From NCBI GenBank assembly GCA_009692385.1, contig SHZH01000001.1:1-49139 (forward strand): 49,139 bases of DNA. Reading direction: 5' to 3'. This stretch comes from Gammaproteobacteria bacterium. GTDB lineage: Bacteria > Pseudomonadota > Gammaproteobacteria > JABDGN01. A program made the position numbers and the translations under genes. The number at the start of each line of letters is the position of its first letter. The stretch's first letter is position 1. Shown here one piece after another: positions 34,735 through 43,534 of this stretch. Under the pieces are notes generated by a model. The model saw nothing but the letters and a program-made list of their open reading frames with translations, did not search any database and was not told the origin of the DNA.

Positions 34735-35352
34735 ATGCTAAATATTATCTGGTTGGGCTTAGTGCTAGGCTCAATTATTATTGGGGCTATTAATGGCACA
34801 ATCCCGGCAGTCGTAAACGCAGTGACTGATTCTGCTGCTAGCGCCGTGGTATTAGCCCTCGGCTTGATTGGCATCATGGCCTTATGGCTGGGCTTGATGC
34901 GCATCGCGGAAGACGCGGGTTTGATCCGCGGTCTGTCTAAATTAATTAGTCCTGTTTTACGTTTTTTGTTTCCGCAAATTCCCCGCGACCATCCGGTATT
35001 CGGCGCCATGACCCTAAATATTTCAGCGAATGTACTAGGTCTTGCGAATGCCGCCACGCCGTTCGGTTTGAAAGCGATGGAAGAATTGAGTAAATTAAAC
35101 AAAACACCGGGTACAGCATCCGATTCAATGTGTATGTTTGTTGCGATCAACACCGGCAGCGTACAACTCATTCCCGCGACGGCCATTGCGATTTTGGCCA
35201 GTGCCGGCGATCCCTCACCAACGAGCATTATTATTCCGGTATTAATTGCTACGGCTTGTGCAACGACCACCGGAATTTTATCCGCCAAATGGTTTTCGAA
35301 AATGCCCTTTTTTAAAATTAAACCTGAGCATCAAGTACGGGAGACTAAATAA
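34735..35352 (+). CDS. Nucleoside-recognition (Gate) domain membrane protein, SpmA-like
   Basis: 205-aa polytopic protein with a typical SpmA N-terminus (MLNIIWLGLVLGSIIIGAING). AAGGAG lies 7 nt upstream of the ATG. Confidence 0.75.
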   Translation: MLNIIWLGLVLGSIIIGAINGTIPAVVNAVTDSAASAVVLALGLIGIMALWLGLMRIAEDAGLIRGLSKLISPVLRFLFPQIPRDHPVFGAMTLNISANVLGLANAATPFGLKAMEELSKLNKTPGTASDSMCMFVAINTGSVQLIPATAIAILASAGDPSPTSIIIPVLIATACATTTGILSAKWFSKMPFFKIKPEHQVRETK

Positions 35353-35894
35353 TGGATTGGCAAATGCTCAGTGCTAGTGCATCCAATTGGTTATTTTTAA
35401 TTTTTATCGGCGGCATTCCGCTGATCGGTTTTTTACGTAAAGTCAATGTGTTTGAATCGTTTGTTATCGGCGCGAAAGAAGGTTTTGAAATTGTAGTACG
35501 CATCATTCCCTATTTGGTCGGCATTGTGGTGGGTGTCGGCATGTTCCGCGCTGCCGGTGGTTTCGACCTGATCGCCCACTGGCTGAGTCCAGTATTTCAC
35601 GCGCTCGGTTTTCCACCGGAATTATTACCGTTTGCTTTGGTGCGCCCGTTTTCGGGAACCGCAGCCAAAGGTATTCTCGCGGAAATTGCGCATACCTACG
35701 GTGGCCATTCATTTTTAGCACATGCCGCCGCAACGATGATGGGCAGTACTGAAACGACATTTTATGTGATCGCCGTTTACTTCGGAGCCGCAAGTATTCG
35801 CAAAACACGTTATGCGATTGGTGCGGGATTATTAGCCGATCTCGTGGGGGTGATCATGGCCGTCGTCGTCACGCACTGGTTTTACTCGCCCTAA
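35352..35894 (+). CDS. Nucleoside-recognition (Gate) domain membrane protein, SpmB-like
   Basis: 180 aa. TAATG overlap with the spmA-like gene; typical SpmA/SpmB pairing. Confidence 0.75.
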   Translation: MDWQMLSASASNWLFLIFIGGIPLIGFLRKVNVFESFVIGAKEGFEIVVRIIPYLVGIVVGVGMFRAAGGFDLIAHWLSPVFHALGFPPELLPFALVRPFSGTAAKGILAEIAHTYGGHSFLAHAAATMMGSTETTFYVIAVYFGAASIRKTRYAIGAGLLADLVGVIMAVVVTHWFYSP

Positions 35895-35940
35895 AACACT
35901 TTTTGCGTTATTCTAACGCTAAATTAACGGTATAACGATC

Positions 35941-37674
35941 ATGTCGCTTAGAGCTAACTTTTATCAAAAATCCGGTGCGACGTTTGCTTTTAATCCTTGG
36001 GATCTATTGGCACTGGTGATCGTGCTCGCGATCTTCACGGCGTTGGGCTGGGCGGCGACTAAAATGTCGCATCCGTTTAATCTCGGTGACCAAATTCCCA
36101 TTTCGCTCGGTTACTCTCATCTTCCTTATTACGCCCTCGAAAGCGTACTGCGCATGTTGATCGCCTTGGCGGTTTCGATTGTGGTAACCTTTGTCGTCGG
36201 TGCCTTGGCGGCCAAAAGCAAACATGCGGAACGCATTATTATTCCTTGTATCGATATTTTGCAATCCGTTCCAGTATTAGGCTTTTTATCTATTACTATC
36301 AGTGGTTTTATCGCCTTATTTCCGGGCAGCTTACTCGGCCCACAATTTTGTACGATTTTCGTCTTGTTCACTGCACAAGTGTGGAACATGATTTTTGGTT
36401 TTTATCAAAGCTTGCGCACTTTGCCCGATGATCTGATTGAAGCGGCACGGATGTTTAATCTTTCTCCGTGGCAACGTTTTTGGCGTTTGGAAGTCCCGTT
36501 TGCGATGCCTAACTTATTATGGAACATGATGGTGTCGATGTCACAATGTTGGGTGCCGCTCACCTTTTCAGAAGCTATTTCGGTTGCCAATCAGAACATT
36601 CATTTACCCGGGATCGGTTCTTATATTTTTGTCGCCATTCAACAAGCGAATATGCACGCGATCTTCGCCGCGATTATTACGATGTTTATCGTGATCGCTT
36701 TTTATGATCAACTTATGTTTCGTCCCTTGATCAAATGGGCAGAAAAATTTAAGTTTGAGTCCTTGCCCGATGAACGTCCATCACGCGCCTGGTTTACCAG
36801 TTTATTGCACCGTACGCATTTATCGCGCTATCTGGGGAAATTGACCGCGAAAATTAGTGATCGATTTATTAATCCACGATGGCGCAAAACCGGCTACCAA
36901 GAAACCGTACCGCGTAACAATCAATGGAATAAAATACTGTTAGTGTTGCTGTATGGCAGTGTATTAGCAGGACTGGGTTTTGGTATTTTTCAATTAGGCG
37001 ATTTCGTCTTTGCTAATTTGGGCTGGGTGGAGATTCGTCATGCTTTACTGCTCGCCTTAGCCAGCGGAGCACGGGTATTTTTAGCCGTGATCATCTCCTC
37101 GATCATTTGGGTACCGCTCGGAGTACTGATCGGTCGACATCGTACGCTGGCGAAATTCGCGCAACCCGTCGTGCAATTTTGTGCGGCGTTTCCGACTAAC
37201 TTACTGTATCCCTTAGCCGTATTGTTAATTTTACGCTATAACTTAGATGTAAATCTGTGGGTGACGATCTTGATTGTCATCGGTGCGCAATGGTATATTT
37301 TATTTAACGTGATCGCCGGTATGTCGACTTTTCCGAAAGAAATCCTCTACGCGGCGAAAATTTTCAATGTGAAAGGTTGGTTGTGGTGGCGACAGGTCAT
37401 TTTACCCGGAATTTTCCCGTATTATATTACGGGCGCAATCACCGCCGCTGGTGGCGCGTGGAACTTAACGATTATTGCCGAGTTGATCAGCTGGGGTACG
37501 CATACTTATAAGGCCTTTGGTGTGGGTGCGTATATTACGGAGTACACTAACAGCGGTGATTTTCACCGCGTGGCATTAGGTATTGGTATCATGTGTTGTT
37601 TTGTGATCGCATTCAATTGGATCTTATGGCGACCCATGTATAATTTGGCAGAACGACGATTTAAGATCAGTTAG
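35941..37674 (+). CDS. ABC transporter permease with duplicated permease domain (NitT/TauT-like, COG4986-type)
   Basis: 577 aa with about 12 TM helices and two EAA-like loops (EAARMFNLSPWQRFW and YAAKIFNVKGWLWW). Confidence 0.8.
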   Translation: MSLRANFYQKSGATFAFNPWDLLALVIVLAIFTALGWAATKMSHPFNLGDQIPISLGYSHLPYYALESVLRMLIALAVSIVVTFVVGALAAKSKHAERIIIPCIDILQSVPVLGFLSITISGFIALFPGSLLGPQFCTIFVLFTAQVWNMIFGFYQSLRTLPDDLIEAARMFNLSPWQRFWRLEVPFAMPNLLWNMMVSMSQCWVPLTFSEAISVANQNIHLPGIGSYIFVAIQQANMHAIFAAIITMFIVIAFYDQLMFRPLIKWAEKFKFESLPDERPSRAWFTSLLHRTHLSRYLGKLTAKISDRFINPRWRKTGYQETVPRNNQWNKILLVLLYGSVLAGLGFGIFQLGDFVFANLGWVEIRHALLLALASGARVFLAVIISSIIWVPLGVLIGRHRTLAKFAQPVVQFCAAFPTNLLYPLAVLLILRYNLDVNLWVTILIVIGAQWYILFNVIAGMSTFPKEILYAAKIFNVKGWLWWRQVILPGIFPYYITGAITAAGGAWNLTIIAELISWGTHTYKAFGVGAYITEYTNSGDFHRVALGIGIMCCFVIAFNWILWRPMYNLAERRFKIS

Positions 37675-37718
37675 GGATATAAATATGCTGCAACATGTTA
37701 TGTTAGGTGACTTCCGTT

Positions 37719-39017
37719 ATGGATGACCTGATTGTTAACGTAAAAAAAGTAAACAAAGCCTTTTTGTCCGCCGATGGTCAGGAACTGTCGGTGCTCAAAG
37801 ATGTGGACTTACAACTTAAAGAAAATGAAATTGTGGCCTTACTCGGTAAATCCGGTTCGGGAAAATCAACTCTGCTGCGTATCATTGCTGGCTTAGTGTA
37901 TCCCACGACTGGCGAAGTACTCTATCGTAACCAACCCGTCGAAGGTCCCATCAAAGAATTATCAATGGTGTTTCAAAGTTTTGCGCTGATGCCGTGGCTA
38001 ACTGTTTTACAAAATGTGGAGCTTGGCTTAGAAGCCCAAGGCGTACCGCGCGACGAACGACGCAAACGTGCCTTAAAAGCGATTGATACCATCGGCTTAG
38101 ACGGTTTCGAGTCAGCGTATCCCAAAGAATTATCTGGTGGTATGCGCCAGCGTGTTGGTTTTGCGCGAGCGTTAGTCGTGAATCCTGATTTGTTATTAAT
38201 GGATGAACCGTTCTCCGCACTCGATGTCCTCACGGCTGACAATCTGCGCAGCGACTTATTAGAACTGTGGGTTGAGAAAAAAACCAATACCAAGGGTATT
38301 TTGATTGTCACACACAATATTGAAGAAGCGGTGATTATCGCTGATCGAGTAATTGTGTTAAGCAGTAACCCCGGTACTATTTACGCTGAGTTAAAAATTG
38401 ATCTGCCGCAGCCCCGTGATGAGGACTCACTGGCATTTCGTAAATATGTCGATCAAATTTATCAAATCATGATGGAGCGTGCTGGCGAAACAAGGCAAAT
38501 TGCCGCGCGCATGCACAAACGAGACCTTGGTTTAGGCTATCCATTACCGGACACCAATGTCTCTGAATTAACGGGTCTACTTGAAAGCTTGGTAGAATAT
38601 GAAGGTGAAAAAATCGATCTTCCCAAATTGGCGGAAGAATGGCATTTGGATATCGATGATCTGTTCCCGATGTTAGAAACCTTAGAGTTGTTTGGTCTGA
38701 CCAAAATTTCACATGGCAATGTCGAACTCACTAAAGATGGAAAACAATTTGCTGAAGCAGATATCTTGGAACGTAAACAAATGTTTGCTAAATATCTCAA
38801 AGATCACGTGCCCTTGATCCAACATATTTGTCACATACTGCATGATCGCCGCGGCCATCGCGCTTCTGAAGATCGCTTCTTAACAAAACTGGAAGATTAT
38901 TTCACTGAAAAAGAAGCCGAACGAGTACTCGAAACCGCGATTGGTTGGGGACGTTATGCCGAACTTTTTGCGTATGATTATAATACGGGTGTGCTGAGTC
39001 TCGAAGATCCAGAGTAG
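37719..39017 (+). CDS. ABC transporter ATPase (nitrate/sulfonate/taurine family) with a ~170-aa C-terminal extension
   Basis: Walker A GKSGSGKST, signature LSGGMRQR, Walker B LLMDEP. The ATG at 37719 is preceded by AGGTGA at 8 nt; the track start at 37707 is a GTG. Confidence 0.85.
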   Translation: MDDLIVNVKKVNKAFLSADGQELSVLKDVDLQLKENEIVALLGKSGSGKSTLLRIIAGLVYPTTGEVLYRNQPVEGPIKELSMVFQSFALMPWLTVLQNVELGLEAQGVPRDERRKRALKAIDTIGLDGFESAYPKELSGGMRQRVGFARALVVNPDLLLMDEPFSALDVLTADNLRSDLLELWVEKKTNTKGILIVTHNIEEAVIIADRVIVLSSNPGTIYAELKIDLPQPRDEDSLAFRKYVDQIYQIMMERAGETRQIAARMHKRDLGLGYPLPDTNVSELTGLLESLVEYEGEKIDLPKLAEEWHLDIDDLFPMLETLELFGLTKISHGNVELTKDGKQFAEADILERKQMFAKYLKDHVPLIQHICHILHDRRGHRASEDRFLTKLEDYFTEKEAERVLETAIGWGRYAELFAYDYNTGVLSLEDPE

Positions 39018-39041
39018 GAAAATGATTGAAAGCACTTCTTG

Positions 39042-39740
39042 TTAGACTAAAACTTTTTGTAGCCAAGCACTAATATCTCGAATTTCTTCAAGACATACTT
39101 GATGCGCCATCGGATAGATGTGCCAATCGATCGGATAATCATGGGCTTGTAGATACTCTCGTGTTAGTTGCGCCATAGCGAGCGGTAACACCGTATCGTT
39201 CGAACCATGCGCAATAAAGATCGCTAAATTGGTGTTTTCGACGCTTTTTTCTTCAGCCATGAGATCAGCAATGGGTAAATAGCTTGACAGAACCATCACA
39301 CCGGCCAGCTTTTGGGTATAGCGTAATGCCGTGTGCAAAGCGATGGCGCCTCCTTGTGAAAAGCCCGCTAACACGATTTTATCACTGGAAATGCCATTAT
39401 TTATTTCAGTACTGATTAATTGTGCTAATTTTTCTTCTGATCGGCGGATCCCTTGCTCATCTTGTTTGCTAGTGCGATCAAAGCCATAGACATCGTACCA
39501 GGCTGGCATTTCATAGCCATTATTGATCGTGACTGGCAAGATGGGCGCTTGGGGAAACACGAAGCGCACAGCTAACGACTCAGGCAGTTTTAGCTGCGGC
39601 ACGATCGATAAAAAATCATCCGCGCCAGCACCGAGGCCATGCAACCAAATGACCGTCGCTTTAGTGGTATTCTTAGGGTTTATTTCAAGACAATCTAATG
39701 ATGTTTTTTCCATATAGTGCAGGCTCTTCAAATTAGTCAT
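39042..39740 (-). CDS. Alpha/beta-hydrolase carboxylesterase/phospholipase (esterase II / acyl-protein-thioesterase-like)
   Basis: Motifs VIWLHGLGA, nucleophile elbow GFSQGG and HG..D. The start may be Met10 at 39713. Confidence 0.75.
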   Translation of the reverse strand: MTNLKSLHYMEKTSLDCLEINPKNTTKATVIWLHGLGAGADDFLSIVPQLKLPESLAVRFVFPQAPILPVTINNGYEMPAWYDVYGFDRTSKQDEQGIRRSEEKLAQLISTEINNGISSDKIVLAGFSQGGAIALHTALRYTQKLAGVMVLSSYLPIADLMAEEKSVENTNLAIFIAHGSNDTVLPLAMAQLTREYLQAHDYPIDWHIYPMAHQVCLEEIRDISAWLQKVLV

Positions 39741-39797
39741 GACATTCTAATAGCATATTTTGAATGTGCCTAGTATTTTGTTACACAGTAATAGGCT

Positions 39798-40556
39798 TTA
39801 ATTATTAGAAGACTGTACGCCATTTAGGATCTGGATCGGGGTGCTCATTTGCATGACCATCGCCCAACTGACTTGTGGGAACGTGCGAAAAATAACGAGG
39901 GTGCCAATTGGTTTACCGACGGGCCTCTTGCTCGACAAATCACTAGTGACTAATAAAGTTTGACCAGGTACCGCGCCATCTTGAGCGCCGTAATTTAATG
40001 CCACGATACTATCTTTGTTGATTGCGGCATAATCGATCAGATTGGCAATAATTTGCGCGCGCACCGGTTTGCCTGATTTGCCTAATTCGCCAGTCGCTTG
40101 CTGCGTAAAGTTTAAAGTCTGCGGATCAGTTTGCGACAAGACTACGCGATCGCCAATTTGTACTGGTTGATCAACCTGCGTAAGTTGCAACGTACTGGAG
40201 TCACCCAATTTAGTCACTGTAGCCGTCGCACTATAATCGGCTTCGACACCTAATGTTTTATAGATATTATCTGGGTTTATATAATCGCGTTTTGTATGTA
40301 ATACCCAAAATTTTTGATTTAAAATCGGATTGAGCAATCCACGCACGATGATCGTGTCACCTTTGTCTGCAACACTCATTCCCCGATCTAATGCAACAAC
40401 ATAAGGTAATGGGCCAAATTCATCCGACGACATCGCCGTGCTTTTATTTAAAAAAGATCCCAAGGATTTTAGGGGGAAGGGGGCAACTGAAGTGGCTTGC
40501 GCTGCAATGACGCTAATAAATAATAGAAAAAATAAGCTACCCCTACGTAACATCAA
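39798..40556 (-). CDS. Secreted protein of unknown function with two tandem beta-rich repeats, possibly TsaP/FlgT-like without LysM
   Basis: Type-I signal peptide MMLRRGSLFFLLFISVIAAQA and no Cys. The C-terminal segment GTLVIFRTFPQVSWAMVMQMSTPIQ resembles the conserved tail I recall from LysM/TsaP-family proteins. I am confident it is a real gene; the family assignment is tentative. Confidence 0.5.
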   Translation of the reverse strand: MMLRRGSLFFLLFISVIAAQATSVAPFPLKSLGSFLNKSTAMSSDEFGPLPYVVALDRGMSVADKGDTIIVRGLLNPILNQKFWVLHTKRDYINPDNIYKTLGVEADYSATATVTKLGDSSTLQLTQVDQPVQIGDRVVLSQTDPQTLNFTQQATGELGKSGKPVRAQIIANLIDYAAINKDSIVALNYGAQDGAVPGQTLLVTSDLSSKRPVGKPIGTLVIFRTFPQVSWAMVMQMSTPIQILNGVQSSNN

Positions 40557-40561
40557 TATTA

Positions 40562-41101
40562 TTATCTTTTATAAATCGTAATATCGTTACTGGTATCGTG
40601 AAACTCAATGCGATAATTGGCCGCCAAATTATTTTCAGCTTGGCAATTCACTACATTGGCATCCACAGTTTGACTTTTTGCTTTCACCGGATAAACGATC
40701 ATGCGATGCCATCCTAAACCTGTGGCGCTACTGGCCACTTGGTTGCCGGCATCTTCATACAACGGTAAATTGTTGCTGTCGTAAAAATTGCAACGCCAGT
40801 TACCTTGGATGGGGGTGTTACCACTGTTGACTAACACGGCTCTAACGGTAAGCACACCCGAATTAGAATCAGGCGCATAATTACCGTCAGGCAATCGGCG
40901 CACGCTGGTCATTTGCGTTACTTCAACTTCATTCCATGCGCGCTTATTGGCAACTTGTGAATCGATGCTCTGCGAATCACCCGATTTTGCATCGGGCGCA
41001 TTCATGGTGGAATTATAATTACCCGCGGTGCGCGTTGAGCTACAGCCCGTAAGCAATGCGGCCGTCACAATGGTTGTCATAAGAAAAATTTTACGTTTCA
41101 T
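40562..41101 (-). CDS. YcfL/DUF1425-like lipoprotein (paralog B)
   Basis: Lipobox LLTGC. The WRCNFYDSNN core parallels the E. coli YcfL motif YRFYWYD. The second Cys (NCQAEN) is shared positionally with paralog A. Confidence 0.6.
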   Translation of the reverse strand: MKRKIFLMTTIVTAALLTGCSSTRTAGNYNSTMNAPDAKSGDSQSIDSQVANKRAWNEVEVTQMTSVRRLPDGNYAPDSNSGVLTVRAVLVNSGNTPIQGNWRCNFYDSNNLPLYEDAGNQVASSATGLGWHRMIVYPVKAKSQTVDANVVNCQAENNLAANYRIEFHDTSNDITIYKR

Positions 41102-41114
41102 AATTTACCTCGAA

Positions 41115-41699
41115 TTAGTACTTTTTAATTTTAGAAATATTTTTGCTGTTGCGCCACACCGCTGCGCCTTGTTGTACATCGATCATCTGCACAAAGAAGG
41201 TGTATGAAACCAAGGTGGTTTTACCATCGGGACCCACTGAGGTATCACTGGTTAGGCTACCATCGATACGACATTGGGCGCCGCGCATTTTACCTTTTTT
41301 GGCAGCGTTAGCTTGATCATACATTCCAGAGTCAGCTTGACGGTTTAGCTCATTGCCTTGGTTGCCCATTTCTTGCGTTGAGACCACATAAACTGAATTA
41401 ACCGCTGACGAATTGGTGAGTGTGTCGGCCATTGCATTAGTCATCACCGAGGTATCAACGTACTGATCGGTTTTGTTTGCTACTGGCGAAATGGTGAAAG
41501 ATTTACAACGATTCATTTTGCCGCTTTGGATCAACTCGTTCGACATATCTTGCGCGACGGTACGCAAATCGTTTTGTGAAAAATTGGTAGTGAGATTATT
41601 CACGGCGTTCGGATCTTGATACGAAATCGTGGGGCTCGAACATGATGCTAATAATGCACTCGCGCTAATCAACGCTACTGATAATAATTTTAATTTCAT
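41115..41699 (-). CDS. lpoB: LpoB-like lipoprotein (penicillin-binding protein activator family, COG3417)
   Basis: Lipobox LLASC. The domain pattern (ISPVANKTDQYVDTSVMTNAMADTL...YTFFVQMIDVQQGAAVWRNSKNISK) matches the LpoB C-terminal domain as recalled. Confidence 0.6.
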   Translation of the reverse strand: MKLKLLSVALISASALLASCSSPTISYQDPNAVNNLTTNFSQNDLRTVAQDMSNELIQSGKMNRCKSFTISPVANKTDQYVDTSVMTNAMADTLTNSSAVNSVYVVSTQEMGNQGNELNRQADSGMYDQANAAKKGKMRGAQCRIDGSLTSDTSVGPDGKTTLVSYTFFVQMIDVQQGAAVWRNSKNISKIKKY

Positions 41700-41708
41700 G
41701 AGAGACTC

Positions 41709-42107
41709 CTATTTATATTTAAATACTGAAACTTTGTTGCCGTCGGCGGAAAACTCGACTTTAAAATCGGTCGCTTCAACGTCATTGGCCATACATTTTA
41801 CCCCTTGATCTTCATTCGGATAAATCGTTACTGGCTGCCAAATTTGTACGGCACCAATGGCCATTTTGTTTGGATCGTAGAATTGGCAACGATAAAAACC
41901 GATAATAGCCTTACTACTATCATTATGAAACGTCGTTTGTGCCACTAATAAATTATTAACGACAGCGGAACGCATATCGACAATCGAGATATCACCTGAC
42001 TTACTGACTTCGGTGACATGCGGATCGAGTGTATTACTGCTACAAGCAGCCAAGGTTAACGCGGCAACACCGGTTAATATAAAATTTCTTAAAATCATTC
42101 TTCTCAT
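41709..42107 (-). CDS. YcfL/DUF1425-like lipoprotein (paralog A)
   Basis: Lipobox LTLAAC and the YRCQFYDPNK core, 132 aa. ATGA overlap with the upstream gene. Confidence 0.6.
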   Translation of the reverse strand: MRRMILRNFILTGVAALTLAACSSNTLDPHVTEVSKSGDISIVDMRSAVVNNLLVAQTTFHNDSSKAIIGFYRCQFYDPNKMAIGAVQIWQPVTIYPNEDQGVKCMANDVEATDFKVEFSADGNKVSVFKYK

Positions 42108-43501
42108 TTTGTTACCATCGACTGTTGTGTGTTAAAAAATACTTGGTTGCCCATGATCCGAAACGCCAAAATTTGGTATGGTTGGTTCAGAGTGATCTGC
42201 TGCGTATACGTTTGTCCATTAACGCGAACAGTTACAGTATGCTGACCATAAGGTAAGTTTAGTCGATTAATGTTAATTTTACTAGGTAATAAAGTCAAGA
42301 TCCGTTCGTCTGCTTTATCTAATAATATACCGGTGATCGCGGCCCCAATGTTGAGGATCATGCCCAATTGGTCATTTGAGCTCGAACACGATAATTGGGC
42401 TGCGGTCACATTGCGTAAGGCCGCTGCAATATTGCGCGCTATCAAATGGGGGGTTTCATCCTTTAATGCCCGTGCGGCCATTAAATTGACATCTGCCATC
42501 GGTACGGGGGTCAACTGTTGATCGTCTAATTGATAGCTATAGATAGCATCGTTGTTTTGATCGGGTATCAATTTAGGAAAGAAAATATTGATCGTGTTGA
42601 CACAATTTTTCTTTGGATCAATAAAGTTCATATTCAAAAAGATCGTCACTTGTTGTGATTCAATTTGCGGCGCGTGTCCCACTTCTTCAACCAGTAATAA
42701 ATCACTGGTACTCGGTTTGGGATGCATACCATTATCTAGATTGTCTATACTTTTTTGAATCAACGAGTTGGTCGGGCTCAATTGGCCCGCTTTCATATAA
42801 CCCGGACGCGATAAACTCGGTTCATTTAATGCTTCAAATACAAAGCCCGCCAAGTAATGACTAAACGCATTTTGATAGCTATTTTTCAGCGCTAATACCT
42901 TGGATGAATTGATATCACTGAAATCATATTTTTGCAAGATTTGTTGATGCAAATAATTCGCCGCGCGATCGTGCGATTGTTTTTCACTTTCAATCTTGGT
43001 TTGATTATAGAGTACCTGGTTATAATTTTGTGTCGCTTGTTCTAGCTCATACATCTTTTTAATTTCAACGCGCGCATTGTCGAAACTATTCAGATCAACA
43101 AAATTGAGCGCATAATACGTCGCTAAAAATGATTTTTCATAACCGCGAGGTTGATAAGCATTAGCATTATCGTTAAGCAACATCGAGGTCGCCGCCAGAC
43201 TGAGCTCACCCGAAGTAGTACTCAACCAACTATTTGCCCAAATATCCATAACCTGCTGGGCACGACCGAAATAAATATTGCTCGGCGGATATTGCTGATC
43301 GAGACGCAGCAACATACCGTATTCCATGTTATATAAAATATCGGGTGTCTCTTTCGCTGACATCGCTGATTTGGGATCGCCCGCATAGATTTTTTCAAGA
43401 CGCTGATCCGACGTACTTTTATAAGAACTAAATGGATTGCTAGCACAACTGGCTAACAGCAAGGTAGCTAAAGCAATTAATAGTATCAGTAATTTATTCA
43501 T
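42104..43501 (-). CDS. Large lipoprotein of unknown function (COG3014-like)
   Basis: Lipobox LLLASC, 465 aa, with a helical N-terminal half and a beta-rich C-terminal half. It starts 33 nt after the GT4 stop. Confidence 0.55.
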   Translation of the reverse strand: MNKLLILLIALATLLLASCASNPFSSYKSTSDQRLEKIYAGDPKSAMSAKETPDILYNMEYGMLLRLDQQYPPSNIYFGRAQQVMDIWANSWLSTTSGELSLAATSMLLNDNANAYQPRGYEKSFLATYYALNFVDLNSFDNARVEIKKMYELEQATQNYNQVLYNQTKIESEKQSHDRAANYLHQQILQKYDFSDINSSKVLALKNSYQNAFSHYLAGFVFEALNEPSLSRPGYMKAGQLSPTNSLIQKSIDNLDNGMHPKPSTSDLLLVEEVGHAPQIESQQVTIFLNMNFIDPKKNCVNTINIFFPKLIPDQNNDAIYSYQLDDQQLTPVPMADVNLMAARALKDETPHLIARNIAAALRNVTAAQLSCSSSNDQLGMILNIGAAITGILLDKADERILTLLPSKININRLNLPYGQHTVTVRVNGQTYTQQITLNQPYQILAFRIMGNQVFFNTQQSMVTK

Positions 43502-43534
43502 AAGTCCTCATTACAAAACATCCATGACGGATGT

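Noticed and set aside
34535-34741. 68-aa plus-strand ORF in the same spacer, and the 78-aa minus-strand ORF at 6990-7226 upstream of dprA
   Set aside because: Both have low-complexity, AT-driven composition, no RBS and no motif. The second overlaps the dprA start.
34704-35288. 194-aa minus-strand ORF antisense to the spmA-like gene
   Set aside because: It lies entirely inside a well-supported plus-strand membrane-protein gene that has a strong RBS. The Ala/Pro/Gly-rich antisense translation has no recognisable motif, so it is a typical shadow ORF.
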